In this document: piece after piece, positions 41,573-50,610 of the stretch
How positions within the stretch are numbered: the first letter of the stretch is position 1
How the letters are laid out: every line of letters begins with the position of its first letter
Source: Gammaproteobacteria bacterium
Lineage (GTDB): Bacteria > Pseudomonadota > Gammaproteobacteria > Arenicellales > JAANXG01
Assembly: GCA_024639325.1 (NCBI GenBank)
Contig: JAHEIO010000007.1
Location: forward strand, 4,679 to 68,678
Direction: 5' to 3'
Length of the DNA stretch: 64,000 nucleotides
The notes under the pieces: generated by a model
The model's database searches: none
Told to the model about the DNA's origin: nothing
What the model saw: only the letters and a program-made list of their open reading frames with translations
Position numbers and translations under genes: made by a program

Positions 41573-42832
41573 TCAGGGTGCTTTCATGGAAATCACGACT
41601 TTGACCGGATTTGATCCTCCAGGAGCTGCAGGTGCCGCCTCGCCGATGAGATCGCCGCTTTGCGTTTTGGCATTGCCGGATCGGGACAGTTTTGCCACGA
41701 CTGTGACCTTCTGGTAGTTGGACAGTTTCATATTCGGCATCATCGCCATACTGTCGTCGAGAGTAACAACCAGCGGCAGCGCGTCAGCCCGCTTTCGCAC
41801 GACCGCCAGCGGCATCGGTGGTCCGTCCGTGGCCCGGGCGAGCACGAACAGAGTTTCGTTCCCGGTAACTTCGCTGTTCAGCCTATCGTCCAGGGATACG
41901 TGGACCTGGATGCCGCCGCCGGCGGCCGCGGCCCGATCCTCCGGTGCAGGCGGTTCATCCTCCGTCTCCGTCACACCACCATCCGCAAGCTGGCTCTTTG
42001 CCTGGGCTATCTGTGCCCTGAGTTCCGCCTGGGATTGCGGGTTATCGGCAAACAGCGGCTCCGCCCGCTGCCAATAACCCAGCGCCCCGCGCACGTCTCC
42101 GCGTCTGTGCGCCGCGATACCCGCGAGCCACAATGCAACGGGATGATCCGGCGCAAGACCCAGCGCCGTTTTCAGCAGGCTTTCCGGTTCCCCCGCCAGA
42201 ATACCGTCGTTGGCCATGGCCAGCGCATCCGCCTGTCTCACCAGCAGGTCGGGATCGTCGCCGACGAGTTCTCTCAGTTTGCCATACGCCCGAGCCGCAT
42301 CGCCGAATCGCTTCAGCGTCATGTAACTCGAACCGAGGAGATACCAACCCTCCGGGTTGTCCGGATTCTGCTCCAGCTCCTTTTCCAGGCGCGAAACCAC
42401 CACACTCATGTCGATATCCGAGTGGCTCTCGGACCCGCTGGGACCGGCGCTGCTGGTTGCCTGGTTTTGCACGAATGCATCGGGCTGCCCCAGGACCAGA
42501 TAAAGAAGCCCTGCTAGAAATGGAATGCAAATCGCGACTACGATGCCTGCCCAGCCGCCTTTCCGTTCCTGCCCGGAGGGGGCCGCGGTTTCGGATTCGA
42601 TGTCGTCGAGCAACCCCAGCTCGATCTCATTTCGTTCCTGTGCCGCCTGTGTCTCTTGTATTACTCCATCATCGATCTGGGTCTGCAACCGAGCCAGCCT
42701 TTCCCTCGCAATCGCGATGTTCTGGCGAGCGCGCTGATCCTCCGAGATGCCGCGCGGACGCAACAGCGGAAGCACCAGAACGGTGATGGCGGCTATCACC
42801 ATCAGTGAGACAATCAGAAAAAACCAGAGCAT
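41573..42832 (-). CDS. ccmI: cytochrome c-type biogenesis protein CcmI (TPR)
   Basis: 419 aa with an N-terminal TM (FFLIVSLMVIAAITVLVLPLL), a second TM and periplasmic TPR repeats. Lies 15 nt downstream of ccmG. Confidence 0.8.
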   Translation of the reverse strand: MLWFFLIVSLMVIAAITVLVLPLLRPRGISEDQRARQNIAIARERLARLQTQIDDGVIQETQAAQERNEIELGLLDDIESETAAPSGQERKGGWAGIVVAICIPFLAGLLYLVLGQPDAFVQNQATSSAGPSGSESHSDIDMSVVVSRLEKELEQNPDNPEGWYLLGSSYMTLKRFGDAARAYGKLRELVGDDPDLLVRQADALAMANDGILAGEPESLLKTALGLAPDHPVALWLAGIAAHRRGDVRGALGYWQRAEPLFADNPQSQAELRAQIAQAKSQLADGGVTETEDEPPAPEDRAAAAGGGIQVHVSLDDRLNSEVTGNETLFVLARATDGPPMPLAVVRKRADALPLVVTLDDSMAMMPNMKLSNYQKVTVVAKLSRSGNAKTQSGDLIGEAAPAAPGGSNPVKVVISMKAP

Positions 42833-42847
42833 GACACCGTCTTTGTT

Positions 42848-43396
42848 TTACGAGGACTGTAATTGCTGTAATTCCTCGATCATCGGCAGGAGCGTTTTGT
42901 CGACATCGTTAGAATCTATTGGCCCCACGTGCTTGTAGCGAATCACTCCGTCACGGTCGATTACGAATGTTTCCGGAACACCGTACACCCCCCAATCGAT
43001 CCCAACCTGTCCTTTTGCATCAACCACCGAAAGCTTGTAGGGGTCACCGAGGCGCTCGAGCCACGTCCGTGCGTCAACAACCGCGTCCTTGTAGTTGAGG
43101 CCGACCACGGGAACCGGATTTCGAGCAACCAGGTCCTTCAACACTTCATGCTCGGCCCGGCATGATACGCACCACGAGGCCCACACGTTAAGCACCCACA
43201 CCGTTCCCCTCAGCTCCGCGGGATTGAACACATGCGCCGCGTCATCGAGCCGCGGGAGCGTAAAATCCGGCACCGGTTTGTCGATGAGCGGCGAAGGTAC
43301 ATGCCGGGGATCGAGTTTCAGACCAATGGCCAGGAAGACGCCCATGGCCAGGAAGATGATCAGCGGCACATAAAAACGAACGGCTTTACCCGCCAC
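42848..43396 (-). CDS. ccmG: thiol:disulfide oxidoreductase CcmG/DsbE
   Basis: 182 aa with a membrane anchor, the WASWCVSC redox motif and GVYGVPETF. GTG start. Confidence 0.9.
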   Translation of the reverse strand: MAGKAVRFYVPLIIFLAMGVFLAIGLKLDPRHVPSPLIDKPVPDFTLPRLDDAAHVFNPAELRGTVWVLNVWASWCVSCRAEHEVLKDLVARNPVPVVGLNYKDAVVDARTWLERLGDPYKLSVVDAKGQVGIDWGVYGVPETFVIDRDGVIRYKHVGPIDSNDVDKTLLPMIEELQQLQSS

Positions 43397-43561
43397 TACG
43401 CTGCCTCCACCGCGGCACCGGACCCCAATTGTAGGTGGTCGTCGAGTCGGGCCATTCGATGGCGGGAGCCCAGTGCGCCCACGCTTGACACCGCCGCCCG
43501 TGGGACGGACGGGGCGGAATGCCCGATCTGGGTCATGATGGTTGGGATGCTGTCCACGTTA

Positions 43562-44002
43562 TTAGTCCTGCTGCAGAGTACTGGCAGCTTTCAGGGCCTC
43601 CGCGGCCTCCGGCGGCATGTAGTTTTCGTCGTGCTTGGCCAGCACTTCAGAGGCGACGAAAACGCCTTTGTCATCCAGCTGACCCTTGGTCACGATGCCC
43701 TGCCCTTCCCTGAACAGATCAGGCAGTATTCCCTCATAGGCTACGCGCACGGCGTTGGCCGTGTCGGTCACATCGAAGTGGACGACCAGGCTGCCGTCCT
43801 CCCTGACCACGCTGTTCACCGCCACCAGCCCGCCGATCCTGAAAGGGTGTCCAACCGGCGCCTCTCCCGCCGCGACCTGGGAGGGCGTAAAAAAGAACAG
43901 GATGTTCTGTTTGAACGCATTGAGCATCAGCGTCACGGCAATACCGATACCAACGACCAGAAAGACCACCATGAACAGGCGTTGTTTTCTACGTGTTCTC
44001 AT
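43562..44002 (-). CDS. ccmE: cytochrome c maturation heme chaperone CcmE
   Basis: Start at the internal ATG (MRTRRKQRLFMVV). Has a single TM and the heme-binding region LAKHDENYMPPE. 4-nt ATGA overlap with ccmD. Confidence 0.9.
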   Translation of the reverse strand: MRTRRKQRLFMVVFLVVGIGIAVTLMLNAFKQNILFFFTPSQVAAGEAPVGHPFRIGGLVAVNSVVREDGSLVVHFDVTDTANAVRVAYEGILPDLFREGQGIVTKGQLDDKGVFVASEVLAKHDENYMPPEAAEALKAASTLQQD

Positions 44003-44154
44003 GTCGATCCGACTACGAATTTTCTCACTTCCTTCCTGACAGCCTTGTTGCGGAGTCGTGCCGCAACCACGTTCAAAGCCAGTACACACAGACTCAATCC
44101 GTATGCGCTCCACACGTAAAGTCCGTAGCCACCCATTTCAAAAAACTCCGTCAT
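43999..44154 (-). CDS. ccmD: heme exporter protein CcmD
   Basis: 51 aa (MTEFFEMGGYGLYVWSAYGLSLCVLALNVVAARLRNK...) with one TM. ATGA overlaps with both ccmC and ccmE. Confidence 0.7.
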   Translation of the reverse strand: MTEFFEMGGYGLYVWSAYGLSLCVLALNVVAARLRNKAVRKEVRKFVVGST

Positions 44155-44894
44155 AGTTCTCCACCGCTCACCAGTTCCCTTACCCAGTTCGTTCTGCGCT
44201 CGCGCTGCAGTATTTCGGCTCTCACACGAGACATCAGGACCGTAAAATAAAACAATTTGAAGGCAACCGCCATGACGAGCAGGGGGATCAACATGCTCAC
44301 GTGTATCGATGGCTTGCCGAATTTCGCAATGGTAGCGGGCTGGTGGAGGGTATACCACCACTCCACCGAATAGTGAATTATGGGAATATTGACGACGCCG
44401 ACCAGCAACAGAATGGAAGCGGCGCGCCACGCCGTCTGCCGATCGCCGATGGCGGATTGTAGCGCCATGAAGCCAAAATACAGAAACAGCAGTATCAGTT
44501 CGGAGGTCAGCCTTGCGTCCCACACCCACCACGTGCCCCACATGGGTTTACCCCAGATAGATCCGGTTACCAGTGCTAGAAACGTAAAAGAAGCGCCGAT
44601 GGGTGCCGATGCCGTTGCCATCACCTCCGCGAGTTTTACCCGCCATATGAGGCCGATCGTGGCAAAAACCGCCATTAGGACATAAACAAACATGGACATC
44701 CACGCCGACGGGACGTGAACGTAGATGATCCTGTAGCTTTCACCCTGCTCATAGTCGCCCGGCGCAACCACCAGACCCAAATACAGCCCGACGGCAAAAA
44801 GGATGATGCAGGGAACAGCGAGCCAGGGCAGCAGCTTGCCGGCGAATGCGTAAAAATATCTGGGCGATCCGAATCTGTGTATCCATGCCCACAT
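44151..44894 (-). CDS. ccmC: heme exporter protein CcmC
   Basis: 247 aa polytopic membrane protein with the WWVWDARLT tryptophan-rich (WWD) motif. Confidence 0.92.
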   Translation of the reverse strand: MWAWIHRFGSPRYFYAFAGKLLPWLAVPCIILFAVGLYLGLVVAPGDYEQGESYRIIYVHVPSAWMSMFVYVLMAVFATIGLIWRVKLAEVMATASAPIGASFTFLALVTGSIWGKPMWGTWWVWDARLTSELILLFLYFGFMALQSAIGDRQTAWRAASILLLVGVVNIPIIHYSVEWWYTLHQPATIAKFGKPSIHVSMLIPLLVMAVAFKLFYFTVLMSRVRAEILQRERRTNWVRELVSGGEL

Positions 44895-44897
44895 GTA

Positions 44898-45572
44898 TCA
44901 GTTCCCTCCGCCGGTAACGCTGAGTGCCCCGGCTATGGCAACCGGCGCCAATGTTACGGAAAGTGCCAGCAGCGCACCCAGCAGGGACAGATGGCCTTCG
45001 ATGGGCAAGCCGACGCTGGCGGTTTGCACAGCGGTAGTGGAAAAAATCAGCACCGGTATACACAAGGGCAGCACCAGCAATGACAGCAGCACGCCACCCC
45101 TCTTCACGCTGACGACCAGAGCGGCGCCCAGGGCGCCGAGCAGGCTGAGGATGGGCGTGCCCAGCGTCAGCGTGAAAAACAGCGCGCGCCAGCCCTCGAA
45201 TGACAAACCCATCAATACGGCGAGAAGCGGCGACAACAGGATCAGCGGCAGTCCGGTCAACAACCAGTGTGCCGAGACCTTTGCGGCAACTATCAGTATG
45301 ACCGGATGCGGACTGGTCAACATCTGCTCCAGGCAGCCGTCCTCGAAATCGGTTCTGAACAAACTGTCCTGGGACAGCATGGTGGCCAGTAGTGCCGCAA
45401 CCCAGATAACCCCGGCCGCGATTTCGCTCAGCCTGTTTGGATCTGGCCCCACGCCCAGCGGAAACAGGCTGACGGCGATCAAGAAAAAAAGCAGCGGATT
45501 GATCCACTGGCTGGGCGTGCGCGTGGCGAGTGTCAGGTCCCGGCGAACCAGTGGTAGGTAAATGCTATCCAT
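44898..45572 (-). CDS. ccmB: heme exporter permease CcmB
   Basis: About 224 aa polytopic membrane protein between ccmA and ccmC. Start set at the internal ATG (MDSIYLPLV), overlapping the ccmA stop by 8 nt. Confidence 0.88.
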   Translation of the reverse strand: MDSIYLPLVRRDLTLATRTPSQWINPLLFFLIAVSLFPLGVGPDPNRLSEIAAGVIWVAALLATMLSQDSLFRTDFEDGCLEQMLTSPHPVILIVAAKVSAHWLLTGLPLILLSPLLAVLMGLSFEGWRALFFTLTLGTPILSLLGALGAALVVSVKRGGVLLSLLVLPLCIPVLIFSTTAVQTASVGLPIEGHLSLLGALLALSVTLAPVAIAGALSVTGGGN

Positions 45573-46200
45573 CCGGACCCCGGCTTTCCCCGAGTCTGAC
45601 GGTACGTTGCGCATGCCACCGCCACTCTATGTTCTGATGACTCGTGACGAGCGCCATGCCTCCGGACGTCATGTGTTCGACCAGCAGGTCACGGACGATT
45701 CCCTGCGCGTCACGGTCCAGCGCCGTCAGCGGTTCATCGAGCACCCACAATCTGGCGGCCGAGATCAGCAGTCTGGCAAGAGAGACCCGCTGCCGCTGGC
45801 CTGCGGACAGATGACGGCAAAGCTGTTGCCGGCAATGCGCGATACCCAGCCGCCCCAGGGCCTGGGTCTCCGAAACACCCGATGGTTGACCGGTCAGGGT
45901 CCGATCCATTGTCAGGTTTTCCTCGGCGGTAAGTTCGTCCTTTATCCCGTTCTTGTGCCCAACGAATGACATTTCGTACATGTAGCCTGCTCGATTTTTC
46001 TGGATTGGACGATTGTTCCAGTAAATCGTTCCCTCATCGATCGGCAACAAACCGCTCACCATTCGCAACAGCGTCGTTTTTCCACTGCCGTTGGAACCGT
46101 CGATCTGAATCAGCTCTCCCCGCTCGAGTTGGAAATTCATGCCGGAAAACAACCGCCTCTCGTTCCTTTCGCAACCGAGGTTTTCCACTTTAAGTTTCAC
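45565..46200 (-). CDS. ccmA: heme exporter ATP-binding protein CcmA
   Basis: 211 aa with Walker A GSNGSGKTT, signature LSAGQRQRVSLAR and Walker B LWVLDEP. Confidence 0.9.
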   Translation of the reverse strand: MKLKVENLGCERNERRLFSGMNFQLERGELIQIDGSNGSGKTTLLRMVSGLLPIDEGTIYWNNRPIQKNRAGYMYEMSFVGHKNGIKDELTAEENLTMDRTLTGQPSGVSETQALGRLGIAHCRQQLCRHLSAGQRQRVSLARLLISAARLWVLDEPLTALDRDAQGIVRDLLVEHMTSGGMALVTSHQNIEWRWHAQRTVRLGESRGPDG

Positions 46201-46325
46201 TTGATTTCGAACAAAGAAGAGTTGCCGGGACCCCGCGGACCATGCGCCAGCAGGGTTCCGGGCAACAACACCAGCGGCCGGCAGGCGGTATCAAAAAAAC
46301 GCTGCATTATACCCTCGATTCGACC

Positions 46326-47900
46326 TCAGGACATGGCGGAAATTTGCCCCAATATCGCATCCGGATCTAATTTTTTGCCCGCTTCTACGGTTACGACGCG
46401 AGCCTTATCCAATTCGGACAGGGGCTGCGCATGCCGCATCTGCATGTCGAGGACCAGTGTCGTGGCTTGCGACGGATCGCTGCCGGCCGCCAACCGCTTC
46501 GCGATGCGGGATCTCAGCAGCCGCTCGTCACACTGCATATCCAGGACCACCGTCTCCACGCCCCGATTTTCTGCCAGCGAATAAAACAGGTTCCTTTGTT
46601 CGATTCTGAGGAACGTGGCATCGACGATCACGGAGTATTCCGCGTCCAGTACGGTCCCGGCCACATTTACCAGGTGCTCGTAGTTGAGCGCAATGTTCTC
46701 CGGACTGTATCGCTCAGCATCCGCGCCGCCAACGGTTCGATCCCGCTCGACGTCTGATCGAATGTGAATCGCGGGCAGCTTGCGCGCGAGCCTTTCGGAC
46801 CAAAAGCTTTTTCCTGAACCGGAGTAGCCGTGCGTAATGAAAAGCCGGGGATGACGGGCGTCGAGGTATTGCCCCGCCAATTCCAGATGACCACCGACCT
46901 CCAGGACCAATCCGCCCCGCTTCGAAGACTGTTGGTTGCGTATGCTCGCAACTTTGGCTCTGACCATGGCGCGATAGACCAGGTACAACGGCAACAGTTC
47001 CAGGCCTGAATAGTCTCCCGTAACGGACAGATACCTGTTGAGGAACTGGTAGCCGTACTCACTGCATCCGTGATAGTCGAAATCCATGACGACGAACGCG
47101 ACTTCGCTAATCACGTCTATCCACCTGAGCCGCACATCGAACTCGAGGCAATCGAACAGGCGGACCCTGTCTCCAATCACTACCATGTTTCCGAGGTGCA
47201 GATCACCGTGGCACTCCCTGACGAAACCGTCGCCTCCGCGGTGCTCGATGGATTCCTCCAGGTCCTCGAGCCGGGCATCTACCCATGTTTCCAGATAATC
47301 GAGGAGGCGCAAGCTGTCGGAATCCAAGTTCGGCCTCAGAACAACGAAGTTGTCCTTGATCCGCTGACCAACCTGAGCGGGGGTGCTGAATGCCTGGTCA
47401 CTGCAGATCCGGGCCCGATTCAGGTGAAAATCTGCCAACCCACTGGCAAGATCATTAATCAGGCTGATGGGCAGCCCTTTGCAAACCAGCGCGGCCATCT
47501 CGTTGTCGCTATCGAACTGAACCATTTTGACCGCGTACTCTATGGCAGCGCCGCGTCCGTTCAGGACGGGTGCCGTCTCGCTACCCGTTATGGCGACGAC
47601 ATCGAGGTACAACTCCGGTGCCAGCCTGCGGTTCAGTCGCAACTCCTCCATGCACATCGCCTTGCGCTTTGACAGGGTTCCGAAATCGAGGAAGCCCAGT
47701 GAAACCGGCTTTTTTACTTTGTATGCGTAGGGTCCGGTCAGGATGATCCAGGATATATGGGTTTCGACCACCCTAATGCCGCTCGCCGTGTAGTCGTACA
47801 CGGACGGATCACACAGCGACCGGATCAGCGTCGAGGTTGGGAAATCTTGCGTAAAAGATTCGCCTGGATTCGGGTGATCAGACGAGGCGCGGGCCGTCAC
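46326..47900 (-). CDS. aminoglycoside-phosphotransferase-like kinase fused to a P-loop (AAA_33-like) kinase domain
   Basis: 524 aa. Brenner/APH motif CHGDLHLGNMVV ... LFDCLEFD in the N-terminal two thirds. Walker A GYSGSGKS in the C-terminal third. Confidence 0.8.
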   Translation of the reverse strand: MTARASSDHPNPGESFTQDFPTSTLIRSLCDPSVYDYTASGIRVVETHISWIILTGPYAYKVKKPVSLGFLDFGTLSKRKAMCMEELRLNRRLAPELYLDVVAITGSETAPVLNGRGAAIEYAVKMVQFDSDNEMAALVCKGLPISLINDLASGLADFHLNRARICSDQAFSTPAQVGQRIKDNFVVLRPNLDSDSLRLLDYLETWVDARLEDLEESIEHRGGDGFVRECHGDLHLGNMVVIGDRVRLFDCLEFDVRLRWIDVISEVAFVVMDFDYHGCSEYGYQFLNRYLSVTGDYSGLELLPLYLVYRAMVRAKVASIRNQQSSKRGGLVLEVGGHLELAGQYLDARHPRLFITHGYSGSGKSFWSERLARKLPAIHIRSDVERDRTVGGADAERYSPENIALNYEHLVNVAGTVLDAEYSVIVDATFLRIEQRNLFYSLAENRGVETVVLDMQCDERLLRSRIAKRLAAGSDPSQATTLVLDMQMRHAQPLSELDKARVVTVEAGKKLDPDAILGQISAMS

Positions 47901-48496
47901 ACCAGTCTATGGGCCGGATGCCGCCAGTCATCACCATACTGATTCAGTATGTGTTCATACAGATTCTGGTACTCCTTGCGGATGCCTTCACCGAACAGGG
48001 GATCAATCAGCTCACTCGCCTCGACTCCCAGATCGAGTCCACCTCCGCTCTCAGTCAGCTTCTGCGCAGTCCTGAGCAGATTTTCTTCTTCCTTGCGCAT
48101 ATGAGAATACAGCGTCTGAACGTAATCCTTGCCTTTGGCAATGATGTCCTTGCGCAGTACGAAGTCTCCGTATTCCACGGCGAGCACGAGTTCATGAAAC
48201 TCCGATCCTTTGGTGGTGATGTCCTGGTGTTCATTGAAAATTTCATCGACCAGCTCACGCGTCTCCGGCGCCGCTTCCTGCAGTCGTCGAAACATGATGT
48301 CCTCTTTGGGATGGTGCAGCTTGTCCGCGTAGTTGATCATATATCGCATGGCATCATCCAGCACTTCAAGATCTCTCGGTTCCTCGGCGACGAGTGCATC
48401 GATCTCACTGGAGATCAGTTTGAGGATCCGCGCCATGTTGATGTGATCCTGGTGTATTTTCGAGATTAAATCGCTCATCACTGTTTTCCAATCCAA
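47897..48496 (-). CDS. hemerythrin-domain protein
   Basis: 199 aa with His/Glu ligand pattern (HQDH ... HHPKED ... NEHQD ... H). 4-nt overlap with the downstream kinase-fusion gene. Confidence 0.75.
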   Translation of the reverse strand: MDWKTVMSDLISKIHQDHINMARILKLISSEIDALVAEEPRDLEVLDDAMRYMINYADKLHHPKEDIMFRRLQEAAPETRELVDEIFNEHQDITTKGSEFHELVLAVEYGDFVLRKDIIAKGKDYVQTLYSHMRKEEENLLRTAQKLTESGGGLDLGVEASELIDPLFGEGIRKEYQNLYEHILNQYGDDWRHPAHRLV

Positions 48497-48608
48497 TTGC
48501 CGTTTGAAACTACGTCGTATGGACCAGCCTCTTGTTGATGTAAATCAAAAACATCGCATGTTATGCGGGTATGATAGAAGCGGTCGTAACAATCAGGTTA
48601 CTAGACAT

Positions 48609-49049
48609 ATGTTTCCAACACCATACTTGTCTGCCCGGATGACATTTTTCAGCGTTTTGCTGCCGCTTTTGGCCGGATGCGCGGAAACACAGGTAAAAAT
48701 GCATACCTACCCCGCCGACATGGTGTATATCGAAGACAGCGAGGTCGAGAATGCGATGCTGCGTCTGAGCAAATACATCTGGTCAATGAACGATATTTTC
48801 GATTCCCAGGAACACATCGCGGGCTATAACAGGGAAATGATTTTGGAACTTCTGGAAAACATGGAAAAGGAGGCCCTCACTCTCGGCGCCGGGTCAAGAC
48901 AGACGAATCATCTGCTCATCGACGAGAATATCGAGGATTTCCGAGCGGACGTTCGCAATGCACGTAAGGCAATTGAGGCGGTACCGCCGAACTACTATCT
49001 CGCAGGACGACTGTCAGGGAGTTGCCTTGCGTGCCATGTGAAGCGCTGA
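48609..49049 (+). CDS. putative lipoprotein class II c-type cytochrome (cytochrome c'/c556-like)
   Basis: Lipobox LLAGC after a signal peptide. A single CLACH heme-binding motif lies 3 residues from the C-terminus, the class II placement. Length and helical character fit a four-helix bundle. Start chosen at the ATG at 48609. Confidence 0.5.
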   Translation: MFPTPYLSARMTFFSVLLPLLAGCAETQVKMHTYPADMVYIEDSEVENAMLRLSKYIWSMNDIFDSQEHIAGYNREMILELLENMEKEALTLGAGSRQTNHLLIDENIEDFRADVRNARKAIEAVPPNYYLAGRLSGSCLACHVKR

Positions 49050-49088
49050 CCGCCCTCACCCGGATCCTCTGGCAGAGGGTTGGGGGGC

Positions 49089-49571
49089 TTACAATGACGG
49101 GGTAACATCCTTCGCACTGGGTCTGCTTTCGATCAGGGTCTGGCACTCTATACAGCGGGGCACCGCGGGGTCGGCATCCAGCCGGGCCTTGCTGATCGCT
49201 TTGGCACAATCGAGGCAAAGCCCGTATATGTTCTTGTTGATCCGATACAGCGCGTTTTCGATGGCCTGCAGTCGATCGACATGGCTCTGAATCGACGCCA
49301 GCGCAAGATCGGCATAGAGGTCCGCCACCGCTTCGTCGCCACGGTCTCTCACGCTGTCGATCACCTGGTGATGATCCTGCCCGTGTTCATCCTGGAACAG
49401 TTCGGCATTCATCTCGTCCTTGAGCGCATTCCGTTCGATATCGAGTTGCCGCTTGAAGCGGATGATATCAGCGGCGTCGATGTGTACGTGGGCAGGCATT
49501 TCCAGATTCCCGAAGATCGTATTGATAATTGTGTTGTTACGTATTTTGAGAGACCCGCCAGTTTTGGGCAT
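49089..49571 (-). CDS. DksA/TraR family C4 zinc-finger protein
   Basis: C-terminal CLDC-x17-CIEC zinc finger, preceded by a coiled coil containing DRGDEA (DxxDxA-like tip). An alternative start (MPAHVH) lies at 49499. Confidence 0.75.
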   Translation of the reverse strand: MPKTGGSLKIRNNTIINTIFGNLEMPAHVHIDAADIIRFKRQLDIERNALKDEMNAELFQDEHGQDHHQVIDSVRDRGDEAVADLYADLALASIQSHVDRLQAIENALYRINKNIYGLCLDCAKAISKARLDADPAVPRCIECQTLIESRPSAKDVTPSL

Positions 49572-49580
49572 TGATGAATA

Positions 49581-50018
49581 TCAAGACACGGTAACAACCT
49601 GGCAGGGGGCGCTGTGAGAGACCTTCTGCGACACACTGCCGAAGGCCAGACCCTTCAATGCTCCCAGGCCCCGGCTTCCCATGACGATCAATTCCGTGCC
49701 CGTTTCCCTTGCAACGGCAATGATGGTTTTCGCTGGATCACCGGTACGCACAAACGTATCGATGTTCTCGAAACCTCGCCCCCGCAGACGCTCCACCGCC
49801 CTGCCGATCAGTTCCGAAGCTATCAGCTGCTCGTATTGCCATGCCGGTGGACCTTCGATGTTTTCGACCCGGGCGTAGCGTTTCAATTCCTCGGGCAACT
49901 CTCCCCGGCCAACGACGTTGAGTAATAACATCTCATTGCCCTCGCCGGCGAGCCTGCACGCCAGGTCGATCGCCCTGAAGGCGTTATCCGAGCCGTCCAC
50001 GGGGACAAGAATTTTCAT
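49581..50018 (-). CDS. universal stress protein (single UspA domain)
   Basis: 145 aa with MKILVPVDGS ... LIVMGSRGLG ... GSVSQKVSHSAPCQVVTV. Confidence 0.9.
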   Translation of the reverse strand: MKILVPVDGSDNAFRAIDLACRLAGEGNEMLLLNVVGRGELPEELKRYARVENIEGPPAWQYEQLIASELIGRAVERLRGRGFENIDTFVRTGDPAKTIIAVARETGTELIVMGSRGLGALKGLAFGSVSQKVSHSAPCQVVTVS

Positions 50019-50020
50019 TC

Positions 50021-50473
50021 TTAACGTACGGCGACTTCGATTGACTTGGGTTTCACTTCCCGGGCTTTTGGTATCAACAGTGACAGCACACCGTCCCGGT
50101 AGGAAGCGTCTATACCCTCTACGTTGATTTCCGACGGCAGCGTGAAATAGCGCTCAAATCTGCCGGTAAATCGCTCCGTGCGGTGGCGTTTGCTGCCTTT
50201 CTCACCGGTTTCCTTTTCCTCGTGTTTTTCTCCCCGGATCCCCAGCACACCCTTATCGAAAGTAACGTCTATGTCTTCCTTCGCTACGCCGGGCAGATCC
50301 GCCTTGATCAGATAGCTGTTGTCGCTTTCTTCTATATCCACCGAGGGCGACCAGTCAGCGAGCGTCACGGCTCCCTCGTCCTCACTCCTGGCCAGCGCGC
50401 GCCCCGTGGCCTGATTGTAACGGTCGAGAAGGGCTTCCATTTCCCGGAACGGATTCCAGATATTCGTGTTCAT
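50021..50473 (-). CDS. Hsp20/alpha-crystallin small heat-shock protein
   Basis: 150 aa with an alpha-crystallin domain (WSPSVDIEESDNSYLIKADLPGV ... GVLSLLIPK). Confidence 0.92.
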   Translation of the reverse strand: MNTNIWNPFREMEALLDRYNQATGRALARSEDEGAVTLADWSPSVDIEESDNSYLIKADLPGVAKEDIDVTFDKGVLGIRGEKHEEKETGEKGSKRHRTERFTGRFERYFTLPSEINVEGIDASYRDGVLSLLIPKAREVKPKSIEVAVR

Positions 50474-50543
50474 TGACTTACCTCCGGATCAATTCGAAAC
50501 AAGATCCCGTATGATGGAAAAAACAGGTTGAAATAGGATACGT

Positions 50544-50576
50544 ATGGTGGGGCGGAAATGTCTTGACGCATGTCAA
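50544..50576 (-). promoter_or_regulatory. possible sigma-32-like promoter upstream of hsp20
   Basis: Minus strand reads TTGACA-N17-CCCCACCAT about 70 nt upstream of the hsp20 ATG. The -10 resembles CCCCATNT, but the spacer is longer than the commonly quoted sigma-32 spacing. Confidence 0.2.
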
Positions 50577-50610
50577 AATTGCGACCTGGATTTCTATTAC
50601 ACGGGCGTTG

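Noticed and set aside
43232-44119. 295-aa plus-strand ORF and other long ORFs (44749-45507, 44893-45561) across the ccm genes
   Set aside because: The ccmA-E, G and I frames on the minus strand all carry family signatures (WWD, HDENY, WCxxC, Walker motifs). The alternative frames do not.
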